A stretch of DNA of 64,000 bases from Prasinococcaceae sp. CCMP 1430 (Eukaryota; Plantae; Prasinodermophyta). The notes under the pieces are model-generated. The model ran no database searches and was not told the DNA's origin. It saw only the letters and a list, made by a program, of their open reading frames with translations. Within the stretch, counting starts at the first letter, position 1. Each line of letters begins with the position of its first letter. Positions 53,089-64,000 of the stretch are shown piece after piece. Position numbers and translations under genes: made by a program. Where the stretch lies: the NCBI GenBank assembly GCA_013416795.1, contig RQSC01000032.1, positions 398,823-462,822 of the forward strand. The letters run 5' to 3'.

Positions 53089-54833
53089 TCGCGACGCCCG
53101 GCGCGCGGGGCTCGCCTGCCGGTGCGCGGGCGCGGGCTCGCGGCTCGCCCCCGTCGTGGGTCTCCCCGGGTACCTCGACACCCTCCACGGCTTCCCCGGC
53201 TGGAAGGCCCATCTTCGGGGGCGGAGCCGACCCCAAGACGCCTGCGACGGCCACCGCCGGCGAGGTGACCCGCGGCAACTTCGGCGGACGCACGCGCGAG
53301 CAGCTCGTTGCCCATCTCCGGAAGGTGGATGCGATGCTCGAGCAGAACGAGCGCTTTAGGGAGGAGCTTGAGAGGAGCGCAGGTGCTGTCGTTGGTCGCA
53401 ACAGCATCAAGCTCAGCCCTCCTTTGCACGCCTCCGTGCTCGACTCGCCCGCGCTCACGGCCAGCGCGGGCAAGCACGCCTCCGCGTACGCGTCGCGGGC
53501 GAAGATGGTGCCGCTGCGGGCGTACACGCCGCAGCGGGCGTCGCGCCTCAAGGACGAGGCTCGGCGCAGACGCGCCGCCACGCCCGGTCCCGCGAGCACG
53601 GCTCGCCGAGCGAAGGAGTTTCATCTGAATCTGAGAGACTACGACCACCAGAGCGCGCGGGAGGTCGCGCACCCCGCGCGGGAGTACGACGACCCGCGCG
53701 AGCGGCTACAGCGCGAGGCCGACGCTGTGCATGCCGGCCGCGTTTGGATTCCCACCATATGGACGCCTAGCAAGGCCTCAGACAAACCCTACGTGCCGAC
53801 CGCGGACAAAGCTGCAAGCGCGGAGGTCTCTGGCAAGCGCAAGGACGAGTTCAGCGTGACGCGTTGGTACACCGTGCAGATGGGGCGCGCCTGCGGCAGC
53901 GCGCGAGCGCAGCGAGACAACGGCGCGACGGCGGCGTTGGAGCGCCCTCGCTCGTGCCTCGCATCGACTCGAACTGCCTCGCGCGCAGAAACGCAAACCC
54001 CTATGCGCTCGCCTGCGCGCGAGCGCCCGCCGTGGGGCAGCAGCGCAACTGTTGGGCGCAGGCTCGCTCCGGAGCTGCGTGACGCTGCCCTGCGCTCGTC
54101 CCCCGAAGCCATGCGCCCTGTCAGCCTGCCGACGAGCCCCGTGCGGTACCACAGCAAAGCTTCCGGCGCCCTCGAAAGGGACGACGACACCCACGCGGGC
54201 CCGGCGCCGGACGCTCACGCCCAAGCACCCGCCCAGGCCAACGCCCACGCGCGCGCAAGCGCCGGCTCCGATTTCTCTGTGAGCAATCGCGTGGGCTATC
54301 GCGCACTTGCGCCAGGAGCCGAGACGTCTCCGATGCACGCGCTGCCCCCTTCGCAGGCAACAGAGACGCCCTCTTTGCCGGCAATGAAACCTCAGACCAA
54401 CGATGCGGAGGCTTTGGACTGGACCGATGATGACTTGCTCTCGACCCTTGCGCGCGGCGTGCTTGTCACGAAGCTCACGAAGAAGGGCTTGGGGCGTGGG
54501 CACGCCCGCGTGATGCATTTGTATGCGTGCGAGGATGGGCGCGGCATCTCCCTCGCGTGGATGGGGGGCGCCCGACTCGACAAAGAGAGGGTGGCTGCCG
54601 TGAAGAGCTTCGACCTCGTCAGTCGCGCGGACGAACGCGCCACCGTGGTGAGCACAGAGACGGGCCCGATCGTAGTGGTCTCACACAGCGATCAGGAGCA
54701 TGGTTTGTTTGTGCAGGGCGTGCAGGCACTGGTGCGCCGCACGCGTTCCGCGGCCACACATTCTTGGGATGCTGCGTCGCTCGGCGAGCCTCTCGCGCCC
54801 GCCGTGCCCAGCTATGGCGTTGGCACAATATAG
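53089..54833 (+). CDS. Hypothetical protein: short coiled coil, long disordered region, C-terminal PH-like domain; upstream exon unresolved
   Basis: Long ORF preceded by a polypyrimidine tract and GACAG acceptor at 53088; LARGVLVTKLTKKG...LAW...helix LFVQGVQALV. Confidence 0.55.
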
Positions 54834-54894
54834 ACCAGCTATTCTCAGCTGTAGTGTGGGTGTTGGAGCATAATCTTACAGTACAATCTTTAGT

Positions 54895-57800
54895 CTATAC
54901 AACACTTGTGCCATACGGCCGCGTGATGCCGTTCTCCGTCGCCGCAGCGGCTGCGCCGCGGCTCGTGAGGCCCAGCGTCGCCAGCGCTTCGCTCACGGCG
55001 TGGAGTTCGTCGCCATTGCGCGCGCGCGCGGTGTACACGGGGCAATCAATGCTGTCGCACGCCAGCCGACGCATGCCGTCACCACCGCCGCATGACACAC
55101 ACACCGCCGATGCTTTGACCGCCACGCGCTCCAGTCGCGTCATGCGCCCGATCAGTGCCATCGCGGTGGCCTGCGGTGTGCCTCGGCAACGACCGCACAG
55201 CGCCACCGCCGTCTTAGGCCTGCGCACGTTGGCGGTCTCGCCACACATCACACACCGAGCGCTCGCGAAGAACGCATCGATGGTGCACGGAGGCAACCTG
55301 CGTGCCCCAAGGCCGCCACCGCCCTGCCGGCGCGCGGCCGCTGCCGCAGCGGTGGCTGCGGGCAACACTGTTGGCACCTCGCGGGGCATGTCTGCGAGCC
55401 ACGAGCTCACATCGCAGCCGAGCAAACCCAGTGAGCGCTGAAGCGCAGGCACTATCACCTTGTCGACGTAGTACTGCCCACACGGGCGAAGTGCGCCGCG
55501 CGAGAGCGCAACATCGCGTGGGTCAAAGCAACGGTCGACGAGGTTGGAGCCGGGGGCACCCCAGCACACAACGAAGCGCACGCGCTCCCCGCGCGGCGGC
55601 TCCGCGCGGCGATCGATGGCCATCGCTCTATACGCGACCACTGCCGCAGGTGGGGGGGACGCGTATGAACCGAGCTTGACCTCCTTGGCGAAGACGAGCT
55701 GCTCGAGCGCGCATCGACCCCGCAGAATGAGTGATGCCTGCTCGCGCACGTATCGCTTCGCAGCCGACACGTCGTTGGCAGCGAAGAGCGCGCGTATGGC
55801 CCCCTCGACAGCCACGCGGCACGCGCCGCAGCCGTCGCGGCGCACCGTCTCTATGCCCTTCGCGTCGAACTTTGGGCGTTCAGTGGGGAGGGCGGTTTCG
55901 TACATGTACCCCACGTAGCGCTTCTTGGACGCAAGGATGCATGGCTGATATACTTTTTCAAACTTGAGCTCGACCGGCGGCGGATTGGCCCCAGTGACCG
56001 CCTTGCTCATCTCATGGCCGATCGCATGGGCTTCGAGTCTGTCGCGGCCGGGCAGTAGCACGAACATGCTATCTGTGTCGCCATAGACCACCTTTGCGTT
56101 CCACTCGGGGTTGCCCTCGACCATGGCGATGGCACGCTCGAGAGTGCGCCTGCCAAAAGACACGATGGAGTCAGCAATCTCCGCGCAGGGCATGCGCCCG
56201 CTGAAGGATGCGCTTGTGTAACCGTACGTCACATTTGCAATGAGCTTGAGGCCCATCTGGCGTGCGTTGAGCGCGCGGTAGAGCGCACGATCGCGCTGTG
56301 CGGTGTGCGACTTCATCGCGCGCTTCACCATCGCGCGTGTGGCCAGCAGCTCCTGCAGCATTCGTGGAAGCACGCCACGCAACTTGCTTGGCGGCGCGAA
56401 CGCCGTGCCGCTCGGCGAGATTATTGCGTCGCGTGCATGTTCCCGCAACGCGCCCGCTGGCGGTCGCCAATCGCGCAGTGGACCGAGCCCTTGCGCTTCC
56501 CTCCCCGGTGAGGGTACCTTGCCCAAGCACGTCGAGTAGCACAGATTGTACGCGATCACCATCGAGGGATACAGACTGGTGAAGTCCAACACAACGACGG
56601 GGTCCGTGTAGAACTTGCCCTCGGGCTCCATAATGAGCGGGAGAGCCTCGAGTGCAGGCTGCGACGCCACCTCCTCCTTGGAGGGGCTCGCCAGCAGATA
56701 GTTCTGCGTACGGCACAGGCGCGCCAGCAGGCTCTCCACACGGTACTGTGAGCCGCGCAGCATCACATCCAGGAAAGGGATGCCGAAGACACGGGCGAAT
56801 TCTGCGTTGCGGCCCACGATATCGAGGCGCTCAATGAGCTCCAGGTTGATCGTTGCGGAGCGCAGGAGGTGAGACGCGCCAACCAGTGCGGCAGATGCAA
56901 CGCGCTGACCGAGCATTGACGCGATGGCACCCGGCGGCATAGAAGGCACACGCCTCCCAAGCACCGCCTCAGCGGCAACCTGAGCGCTATAAATAGTGAG
57001 TTGGAGCTCCTTGCGCATCACGCGCCACCCGTTGAGAACAACCCGGCCAGGAATGTTGATGCCGCTTCCATGGTCGACGTTCCACGCGTCTGTACTCGCG
57101 CGGCTCGCGCGCTGCTCGGGGAAACGGCTCAGCTGCTGTGACAGCGGCGGGCGCTCAAAGTCACCAGGTGCGCGTGGGCGCTGCTGAGCCGGCGTGGTAT
57201 TGCTCGCGGGCGGTTGAGGGGTCGCCGGAGCCGTGCCTCTGAGGATGGCAGCGCGCTCAAGCAGGTACCCCAGGCTGGCACGCTGGGTGTCGTAGCCCAG
57301 CAATATCTCCGGATCAATGGCGGTGACCGTCTGTGCGAAAGTGTCCATGAGGTCGGCCTCCGTGCCCACATTCATGACGTAGGCCTTGGTGCACGCGTCC
57401 CAGAGGAAGCCAGGAGCGCCGCAGAAACCGGGCATCGTCGCACTTGCGCGACCGTCGTCCGTCGACTCTGGCACTGGGCCTCTGTCGCCGCTGTCCTGCG
57501 GGGCGTACGGGCCCAGACCACGAGGCCCTTTCCTCGCAGCAAAGCTCGGACACCGTGTGATGTCGACGATAAGAGCGCGCTCGTAAGGCGCATCCATGTC
57601 AGCAGCGTTGATGCGCACAGCCATGGCGATTGCGTGCACCGCATCCGAGCGTGGGCAGGCGAGAAGCCCGCCACGGCTAGGGCAAGCGATTTCCACTGAC
57701 ATGACAGTCAGGTGAGAGGCGCCAACGCCGCCACCGGCCGCATACGCCTGGCTGTGCCCCGCGGAGTTGGCAAGCGAACCGCGAGCGACCTCGCGGTGCT

Positions 57801-60800
57801 CCTTTGCTTCGCGCGCGGCTTTGCCGGGTGTCACGTGCGTCTTTACCGCACCCCGTAGCCCCGCAGCCTCGCGTACCACGGCGCCCGCGCCCTTGCCGCT
57901 TGACTGCGGGCCGCTAGCCCTGCGGACGGTAGACGGTTCGGCAGCGTGAGCATTGCCGTTGCGGTCGCTGTCTCTGCCTGCATCGGCGCCCACAACTTGT
58001 GCGTGGCCCATCGACGGTGTCGCATACGTGGCAGGCGATGCAAACTCCAGCGTTTCCGCGCCCTGTCGCCCGGCGTCGGTGTCGAGCGTAACCTGCGTGC
58101 CACCGCTGATAAGATTCTGGTACACATCATCGTATTTCGGTGAATGTGGGCGCGGCAATGGCTCAAGATGTCGTACGGGTGTGCCGTCTGGGTTATCACT
58201 TGCGTCGCCGACAGCTGCGGCTGCAGCGCGCTCGTGCTCAGACGCTGGCACGAGCTTGCCCGTGTTGGCATCCGCTGCTAGCGCTGCACTCGTGCCCCGC
58301 CGCCTGCGTGTGCGCTCTGCCGCAAAGTTGCGCGCCACCGCATCGAGCCACGCGTCTACCTCGGTGCAGCTCGGAGGAGGGAGCAGCATCGTATACGCCC
58401 TCAGCCGCTTGGGCTGCAGCGCCGCTGTGCGCTCCAGCTGAGCGGGTGCACCGGCGTCCTCGCCGTACGCGCGCGCAAGTGCGCGCGCGTATCGCTCGTC
58501 GCGAGCGAGCGCACGGGCAGCGTCTCCACCAAAGAAAGGCGGCAGGCGCGCCGGATCAGCGCTTGCGATGGCAATCTCCCTGCCAATTTCGACGGTCCTG
58601 CCCCCCACGTCAGCGATGTCCCCCCAGTATGGCAGTGGCGTCTCGCGCAGGGGCAAGCCACTGGCATCCAAATCAGCGGCAATCTCAGCATCAGTGGGCG
58701 GTGGCGTGGTGTACCTGTACGCGATGAGACCACGCATAGACACCTGGGACACCAAGTCGGCAGCTGCGGAGTTACCGCTAGGGGCAACGTCCTGCGAGGG
58801 TGACAGGTAGAGAGCGAAAGGTGCCTGGGGTCCGCCGCGTGATTCGACGGCGGTGCGATCATTCTGCTCGTTGCCGTCAGCGGTAAAGGCCTCTGCGATG
58901 TCCATCACAGGAATTTTGGTCGAGGCGCGCCATGCTGGACGCGCGGACGACGCCGCGCTGCTGCGTCGGTATTTGTATCTCTGAGATCGTTGTGCGCCTG
59001 GATCGTGCTGCTCTGCGTCTTGTGAGCCCCCAGTACCGTGTACAGGCGAGGGCAAAGGTGACTGAGTGCCAGGCGCGAGCGTCAACTCCATCGCCTCCTC
59101 TTCACCCGACGCATCGCCGTCATCACCGAGAGCGTTATTGCCATTGCCGCCGCCGTCATCTTGTCCGCAATCCTTGGCACTCCCCCCTAGCGTATCCATC
59201 ATTTCGAGCAGCCTGCGACGCTTGGCACTCTGCTTCGAATCACCCGAGCCGCACATTCCATCGCTACCATTAGGTTTGTCGGATGCCACCGCGGCTACGC
59301 CAGTAGGGCCGCGTCGACTGGCGGGCAGATCTGTACGTGCTTGCGTCAGCGCATGCGCGCGCACATGTGCGTGCGCACCCACGCAAACCGCCTCCCCCCT
59401 GACGTCACTCTCGAGCGCCTCCTCAGCCTCGTCGGGCGCGCTCAGCATCAGTACCAAGGAGTCGGACACTGCTTGAGTCGCAGATGGATCGCTCACTTGT
59501 CCACGCTCGTCCGACCCTTCGATCTCACCCCCGCCGTCGACACCGCGCCCGTCGCTACCCGCACCGCCGTCGTCGTCACCCACCTGCTGGCTCGCACGGC
59601 CTGTTGATGTGTGCATGATCCCCTGTCGCATAATCTCAGGATCCTCTTCGTCGCTGTGATCCTCGCCCATCAGAGGCATGACGCGCTCCTCGCCAATGGC
59701 GCCGGAGTCGAAAAGAGCTCGTCCCTGCGACAGCTCCAGTGGGCCCTCGTCTGCGCGCGCGTCGTCATTGTCCGTCACGGGCGGCGCCATCGCTGGATCC
59801 AGCGCCTGCGTAAGTGCTTCGGGGTCTTGACAGAAAATGGGTGTGCCTACGCGATATTCCATCTGCTGCAGCGTGGGTAACTGCGCCTGGCTGCCGCCGC
59901 GTGCCATCCAGTCCAAGATGTCTGCGAGATCTCCTTGGGAGGTCTGCGAGAGCGGCACCTGGGTCTCCGGAGCTTGCAAGCGCCGCGGCGTTGGCTGCGA
60001 GTGGTGTTGCGCGTGCTGCTGCTGCGACACCAGGGCAGCCGCCGCCTCATCTGAGAGCTGCTGCTGCTCCTCGCGCGTCCATGCGTCGCTCAGCGGGTCA
60101 TGTTCCCCACTGGGTAAGTCGTTTGCGGCGACAACGCTCTGAACAGCCCCGCCCGCGCCCTCAGTCTCGCCTTCGGTCCTGCCCTCCGCCCCACGGTTGC
60201 AATCACCCGCAACCTCCGCTGCGGCAGCAAACGCACGCTGTAGGGCTCGTTCGCGCCCATCTGGGTCTGGGAGATTCCGGTCTTCGGCGCTCGGCAGCTT
60301 TGCCTCGAATACGGGCGCCTCCGTGCCCTCAGCAGCGCAGCGTTCTGCCTCGGCCTCCCACACGAACGCGAGACTTTGCACGAGGTGCACATCGGCGCAA
60401 GCCTGCGAGAGTGGCACGCGCGTCACTTCGCCCACATTAAGGATGTCGGAGGCTGCCACGTCGACCTCAAGCGCGCACGTGGCCGTCCTGCGCGGCGGTG
60501 AGACACACACCGATGCCCAGCGCCACTCGGGCGGCACTGTTGCCTCATTCCACACTGCCTGCAAGCCCGAGCTCTGGCTGTTCGGTCGCGCGACCCCCTG
60601 CGCATAAAGGCGCTGGTTGTATTCGACACTGTCACCAAATTCGCGCACGCCTACGTTGGGCAGGGGCGCTCTGAAGTACGCCCTCGACGCGAGCATGACG
60701 CCCTGGCCAACGAGGTTCAGGTCGATCAGCGCGCGCATGATGAACGGTATGTGCGCTTCAAGCGGCCTCGTACCCAGCGTACGCGCGGCGGCGGCGGCGG

Positions 60801-61466
60801 CGCTGAGCTCATTCGGTGAATAGAGCGTAAGGCGCACGAAGAGCGCGTCGCGGGCAGTGCCCGTCTCGCCCTGCACATGCTGAGGCGAAAAGCCGTAGAG
60901 CTCGCGCGCTCGCACGAGCGCTGCCGCGCGAACATGGCGTGTGCTGCCCACGCCCGCGTAGGCACGCGCCCGTTCGCGCGTGGCGAGCTCGCCCTCGAGA
61001 CGCATCGCAATGTGTCTCGCCCAGCTCACCGCGTCCTCGACAACGCCAGCGCGCCCGGGCGGCACCGGCACATACAGATATGGGTAGCAGCCTCGGATGT
61101 GGCAGACGCACTTCTGCCCGGCGGTCGTCACGCCGAACGCGCGCAGAGCCGGCACGCGCTTCGCACGCGCGTCGCCACCGAGGAGCGGGTCGCGCGGGTC
61201 GTCGAGAGGTGGCAGCGGCGTACATGTCGACGCGTCCAGGTGAAACACGCGCAGCGCGAAGCCGGCGCGCTGGGACGGCTGCACGTGCGTGTCAGTGCGC
61301 GCATTCCCCTTGTTTCGCTCGCGGTGGCAGCGCACTGCACAGCGAGCGGGCCAGCCAGCGGACGCACCGTCATATGCCCATCAGAGCGCGCACCCTCTCT
61401 GCTCGTCAACTCCGCCCCGCGCATCGCGCCCGCAGGCAAGGGGGGGGGTGATGCGGCTGCTGCCAT
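54895..61466 (-). CDS. REV3: DNA polymerase zeta catalytic subunit REV3; predicted exon 1 61466-61368, intron to about 61270
   Basis: VPALRAFGVT.AGQK.V.HI.G.YPY.YV, RGSQYRVES, VLDFTSLYPSMVIAYNLCYSTC, KLIANVTYGYTSASFSGRMPC, YGDTDS, KGIETVRRD, C-terminal CysA/CysB. Confidence 0.95.
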
Positions 61467-61910
61467 CGCAGAAGCACCGCGCCACCGCCCTTGCCCGTTT
61501 GTCACCGCCCCCGAAGCCGTCACCACTGACGCGGCTACGAGCGCGCACGAGCGCGCATTCGCACGCGTCGCACCATCCCCCGCGGCACCCTCGCACGCAC
61601 GCAGCGCACGCGACTACAACACGCCCCAAGCCCGCCTCGCCCGGCGCCGGCGTGACGGAGCGCGGCTGCTACACCCAGCCGCGCGTGCCGGCGCGCGCCG
61701 GGTCAGGGAGGGGGAGGGGGGGGGGGGGGGGGGGGGGGGGGGCTGTGCGCGCGTTGTGGGCCTCGTCAGCCAGTGCTGTCATTGTCATTTGTGCTCGGCT
61801 TGGGGCGGAGCGTGCCTGCCGCAGGGTGCCACACACGGCAGCGGCGGCGCTGGTGGGTGCCGGGGGCGCAGGGGGAGGACAGGCGGCGCAAACAGGACAG
61901 GTTCGCGCAA

Positions 61911-63033
61911 ATGGCGGACATTAAGGCGAAGGCAAGCGAGCTCTACAAGTCTGGCGACTACGGGGCAGCTGAGGGACAGTACTCGGCAGCGGCGGCGGCG
62001 TTCGAGCAAGCTGAAGACGCGCCGGCGGCGGCCGTGTGCCGTGGCAACCGCGCCGCCGCGCTGCTCGCGCTGCGTAGACCCGGCGAAGCGGCGGTCGAAT
62101 GCGCGCGCGCGGCTGCGCTCGATGCCACGTATGCGCGAGCGCGCCAGCGGCTAGGCACGGCCGTCGTCCGCGCAGGGGGCTTCACGGAGGCCATCGGCGC
62201 GGCGGAGGGAAGTCTGAAGGGAGAGCTTGAGGCGCTGGCAGCAGCCCGCGAGAAGGGGAATGCGCTCTTCAAGGAGGGCGATAAGGCCGGCGCGCGTGAC
62301 GCGTATGGCGTGGCGCTTGACGCACACCCCACGGCACCGGGCGCCGCGCTGCTGCGATGCAACCGCGCCGCGTGCCGCGCCGCGCTCGGCGATGCTGCCG
62401 GGGCGCTCAAAGACGCGGAGGACGCGCTCGCTGAGGACGAGAGTTATACGAAAGCCAAGCTACGTCGCGCCGCGGCGCTGGCGGCACTTGGTGATAGCCG
62501 CGCCGCCGATGCCGTGGCCGCGTATCGCGAGCTGCGCGCGCTCATTCCTGGCGACGACGGCGTGTGCGACGCGCTCTTCGCTGCCGAGAAGGCTGCGGGC
62601 AACGCCGGCGCGAAGAAAGAGACCGCAGGCGTGATCGTTGTCACCGACGGGGACGACTACCGCCGGCGTCTACGCGCGGCGCCTGGCCTCATCGCGGTCG
62701 ACTTTACGGCGACTTGGTGCGGGCCATGCAGGCAGGTCGCTCCTGTATTTGCGCAGCTTGCGCTGGCGTACAAGACGACCACGTTCCTGAAGGTCGACGT
62801 AGACGACGTGCAAGAGGTGGCTGGTGCGGAGGCGGTCCGAAGCATGCCAACGTTCAAGTTCTTCAAGGCGGGAAAGACCGTCGCGACGTTTTCTGGGGCA
62901 GATGGCAACAGGTGCGTTGTGCTCTTGTCGGCGCGGAGCGGTGGGCTTAGATTGGGCGCCTGATGCTGACTCGACGCCTGCGCCACGCGTGCGTGGCAGG
63001 TTGGCCGCCATCGTGAAGCAGCACTCCGAGTGA
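61911..63033 (+). CDS. TTL-like protein: TPR repeats plus C-terminal thioredoxin with intact WCGPC; exons 61911-62911 and 63000-63033
   Basis: GNRAAAL, REKGNALFK.G, CNRAAC, SYTKAKLRRAA, AY.ELR..IPGD; DFTATWCGPC, FLKVDVD, SMPTF. Confidence 0.88.
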
Positions 63034-63257
63034 GCGCGGCCTGCCGCACGCATGCGCGGATGGCTGCGTTGCGCGCGCGCGTGCGCTGGTGGTCGTGTGC
63101 TACTGCTCTACCGCCTGCAAGCACTGCGCTACTTAATACATACATACGTAGCTTGTGCGTGCTTCCGCCGACCGGCACATCCGTGCGTGCAGCTGGACTT
63201 GTAGCTAGCGCGACATATATACATGCGCCCACGTGTGCGAAACTGTTGGATGCGGGA

Positions 63258-63698
63258 CTACTCCGGCGAGTTGAGCGATGCCCTGAGGAGACTGAGGAAG
63301 TACATAAGCCCGCAGCCGACCAAGAGCGTCACGGTCACACCGACGCTTAGCAGCGCGGCCTGCTCGAGCGGCCACAGGACATTAAATCCCAGGGCATAGC
63401 GGAAATGATCAAAAGCGCGCGTCGCCCGCTCCGAGAAGGTCAGCTGCTTGCGCGTGTACGTGTACGGATAGGCGCGCAGGTATTCGATGGAAGAGTGGTC
63501 CGTGGGGCGGGCGTTCTCGCAGCAGGTGCGCCGAAATGCTTCCCTGCGCGCCCTTGTGCAGACCCCGACAGGGTCGATGGCGCTGTCAGCGAAGCTCGGC
63601 GGCCCGTGACGCGAGGCCTTGTCAGTGACGGGCGACGACGGCGCCGTCATGTCGTCGACGTCTGGCGGCGACTCGTACTGCAGAGCGATGTCGCCCAT
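63258..63698 (-). CDS. Small membrane protein, possibly serine-palmitoyltransferase small-subunit-like C-terminus
   Basis: C-terminal HFRYALGFNVLWPLEQAALLSV followed by one TM helix; weak resemblance only. Confidence 0.4.
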   Translation of the reverse strand: MGDIALQYESPPDVDDMTAPSSPVTDKASRHGPPSFADSAIDPVGVCTRARREAFRRTCCENARPTDHSSIEYLRAYPYTYTRKQLTFSERATRAFDHFRYALGFNVLWPLEQAALLSVGVTVTLLVGCGLMYFLSLLRASLNSPE

Positions 63699-64000
63699 GG
63701 CACTCGCTCACTCGCCGCGTGCACGTCCTCGGGCCCCTCCACAGGCGCACCGACAGTCGGCCCAGCAGCGGCAGCCGCCTCAATGCCCCAAACGGGATGT
63801 GTTGGATTGTACGTACGGACGCTCAGACGGCCGTCAAATCTCCCGGCGTCTTCTCTCGTCCAGGCGGCGCGCCTCCTTGCTTAGCTTGACTCGAGCGCCC
63901 AGTGCCGCCAGCTGGACGCCTGCGCGACGCCCTCCCGCGCCACCTGCGCCGCCGCCCCACCCCTCCCCCGACAAGGCGGCGCCCGCCCTCACCGAGGCCG

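Noticed and set aside
13059-61466. Cluster of DNA repair/replication genes (XRCC4, MSH2, PSF3, SP-RING, REV3)
   Set aside because: They are interspersed with many unrelated genes in mixed orientations; there is no evidence beyond chance without a synteny or enrichment test.
665-63033. BSU1-like and TTL-like genes (brassinosteroid pathway partners in plants) in one window
   Set aside because: They are 60 kb apart with more than 25 genes between them; no linkage argument.

Overview
Very GC-rich, gene-dense eukaryotic genomic DNA from a draft scaffold (N-gaps at 734-867, 24158-24222, 45131-46063; single-N joins at 10470, 15539, 20162). Spliceosomal GT-AG introns (donors mostly GTGCG[T/C], branch point CTGAC), TGTAA motifs just behind several stop codons and plastid-type genes (RbcX, PAO-like Rieske, LPA3-like) point to a green alga, probably an early-diverging one (inference). 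About 28 protein-coding loci are recognisable, including a BSU1/PPKL-type phosphatase, roadblock, cytidine deaminase, MFS, PET100, LMBR1, a PKA-like kinase, XRCC4, MSH2, TFIIIC subunit 1, a 2OG-Fe(II) oxygenase, PSF3, TMEM50, WDR13, RbcX, LYAR, an SP-RING protein, cyclin L, a PLAT protein, a pseudokinase, REV3 and a TTL-like TPR-thioredoxin. No rRNA, tRNA or CRISPR array was recognised. Most notable: (1) an SP-RING SUMO-ligase-like protein with two SIMs and two tandem RPA32-binding-type motifs; (2) an algal TTL homologue with an intact WCGPC site; (3) an LPA3/DUF1995 + J-domain fusion inside a tandem segmental duplication (about 18.5-24.5 kb) with a conserved non-coding element and a pseudogenised second copy; (4) very distant branch points in many introns. 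All family assignments come from motif recognition by eye; no database search was run.
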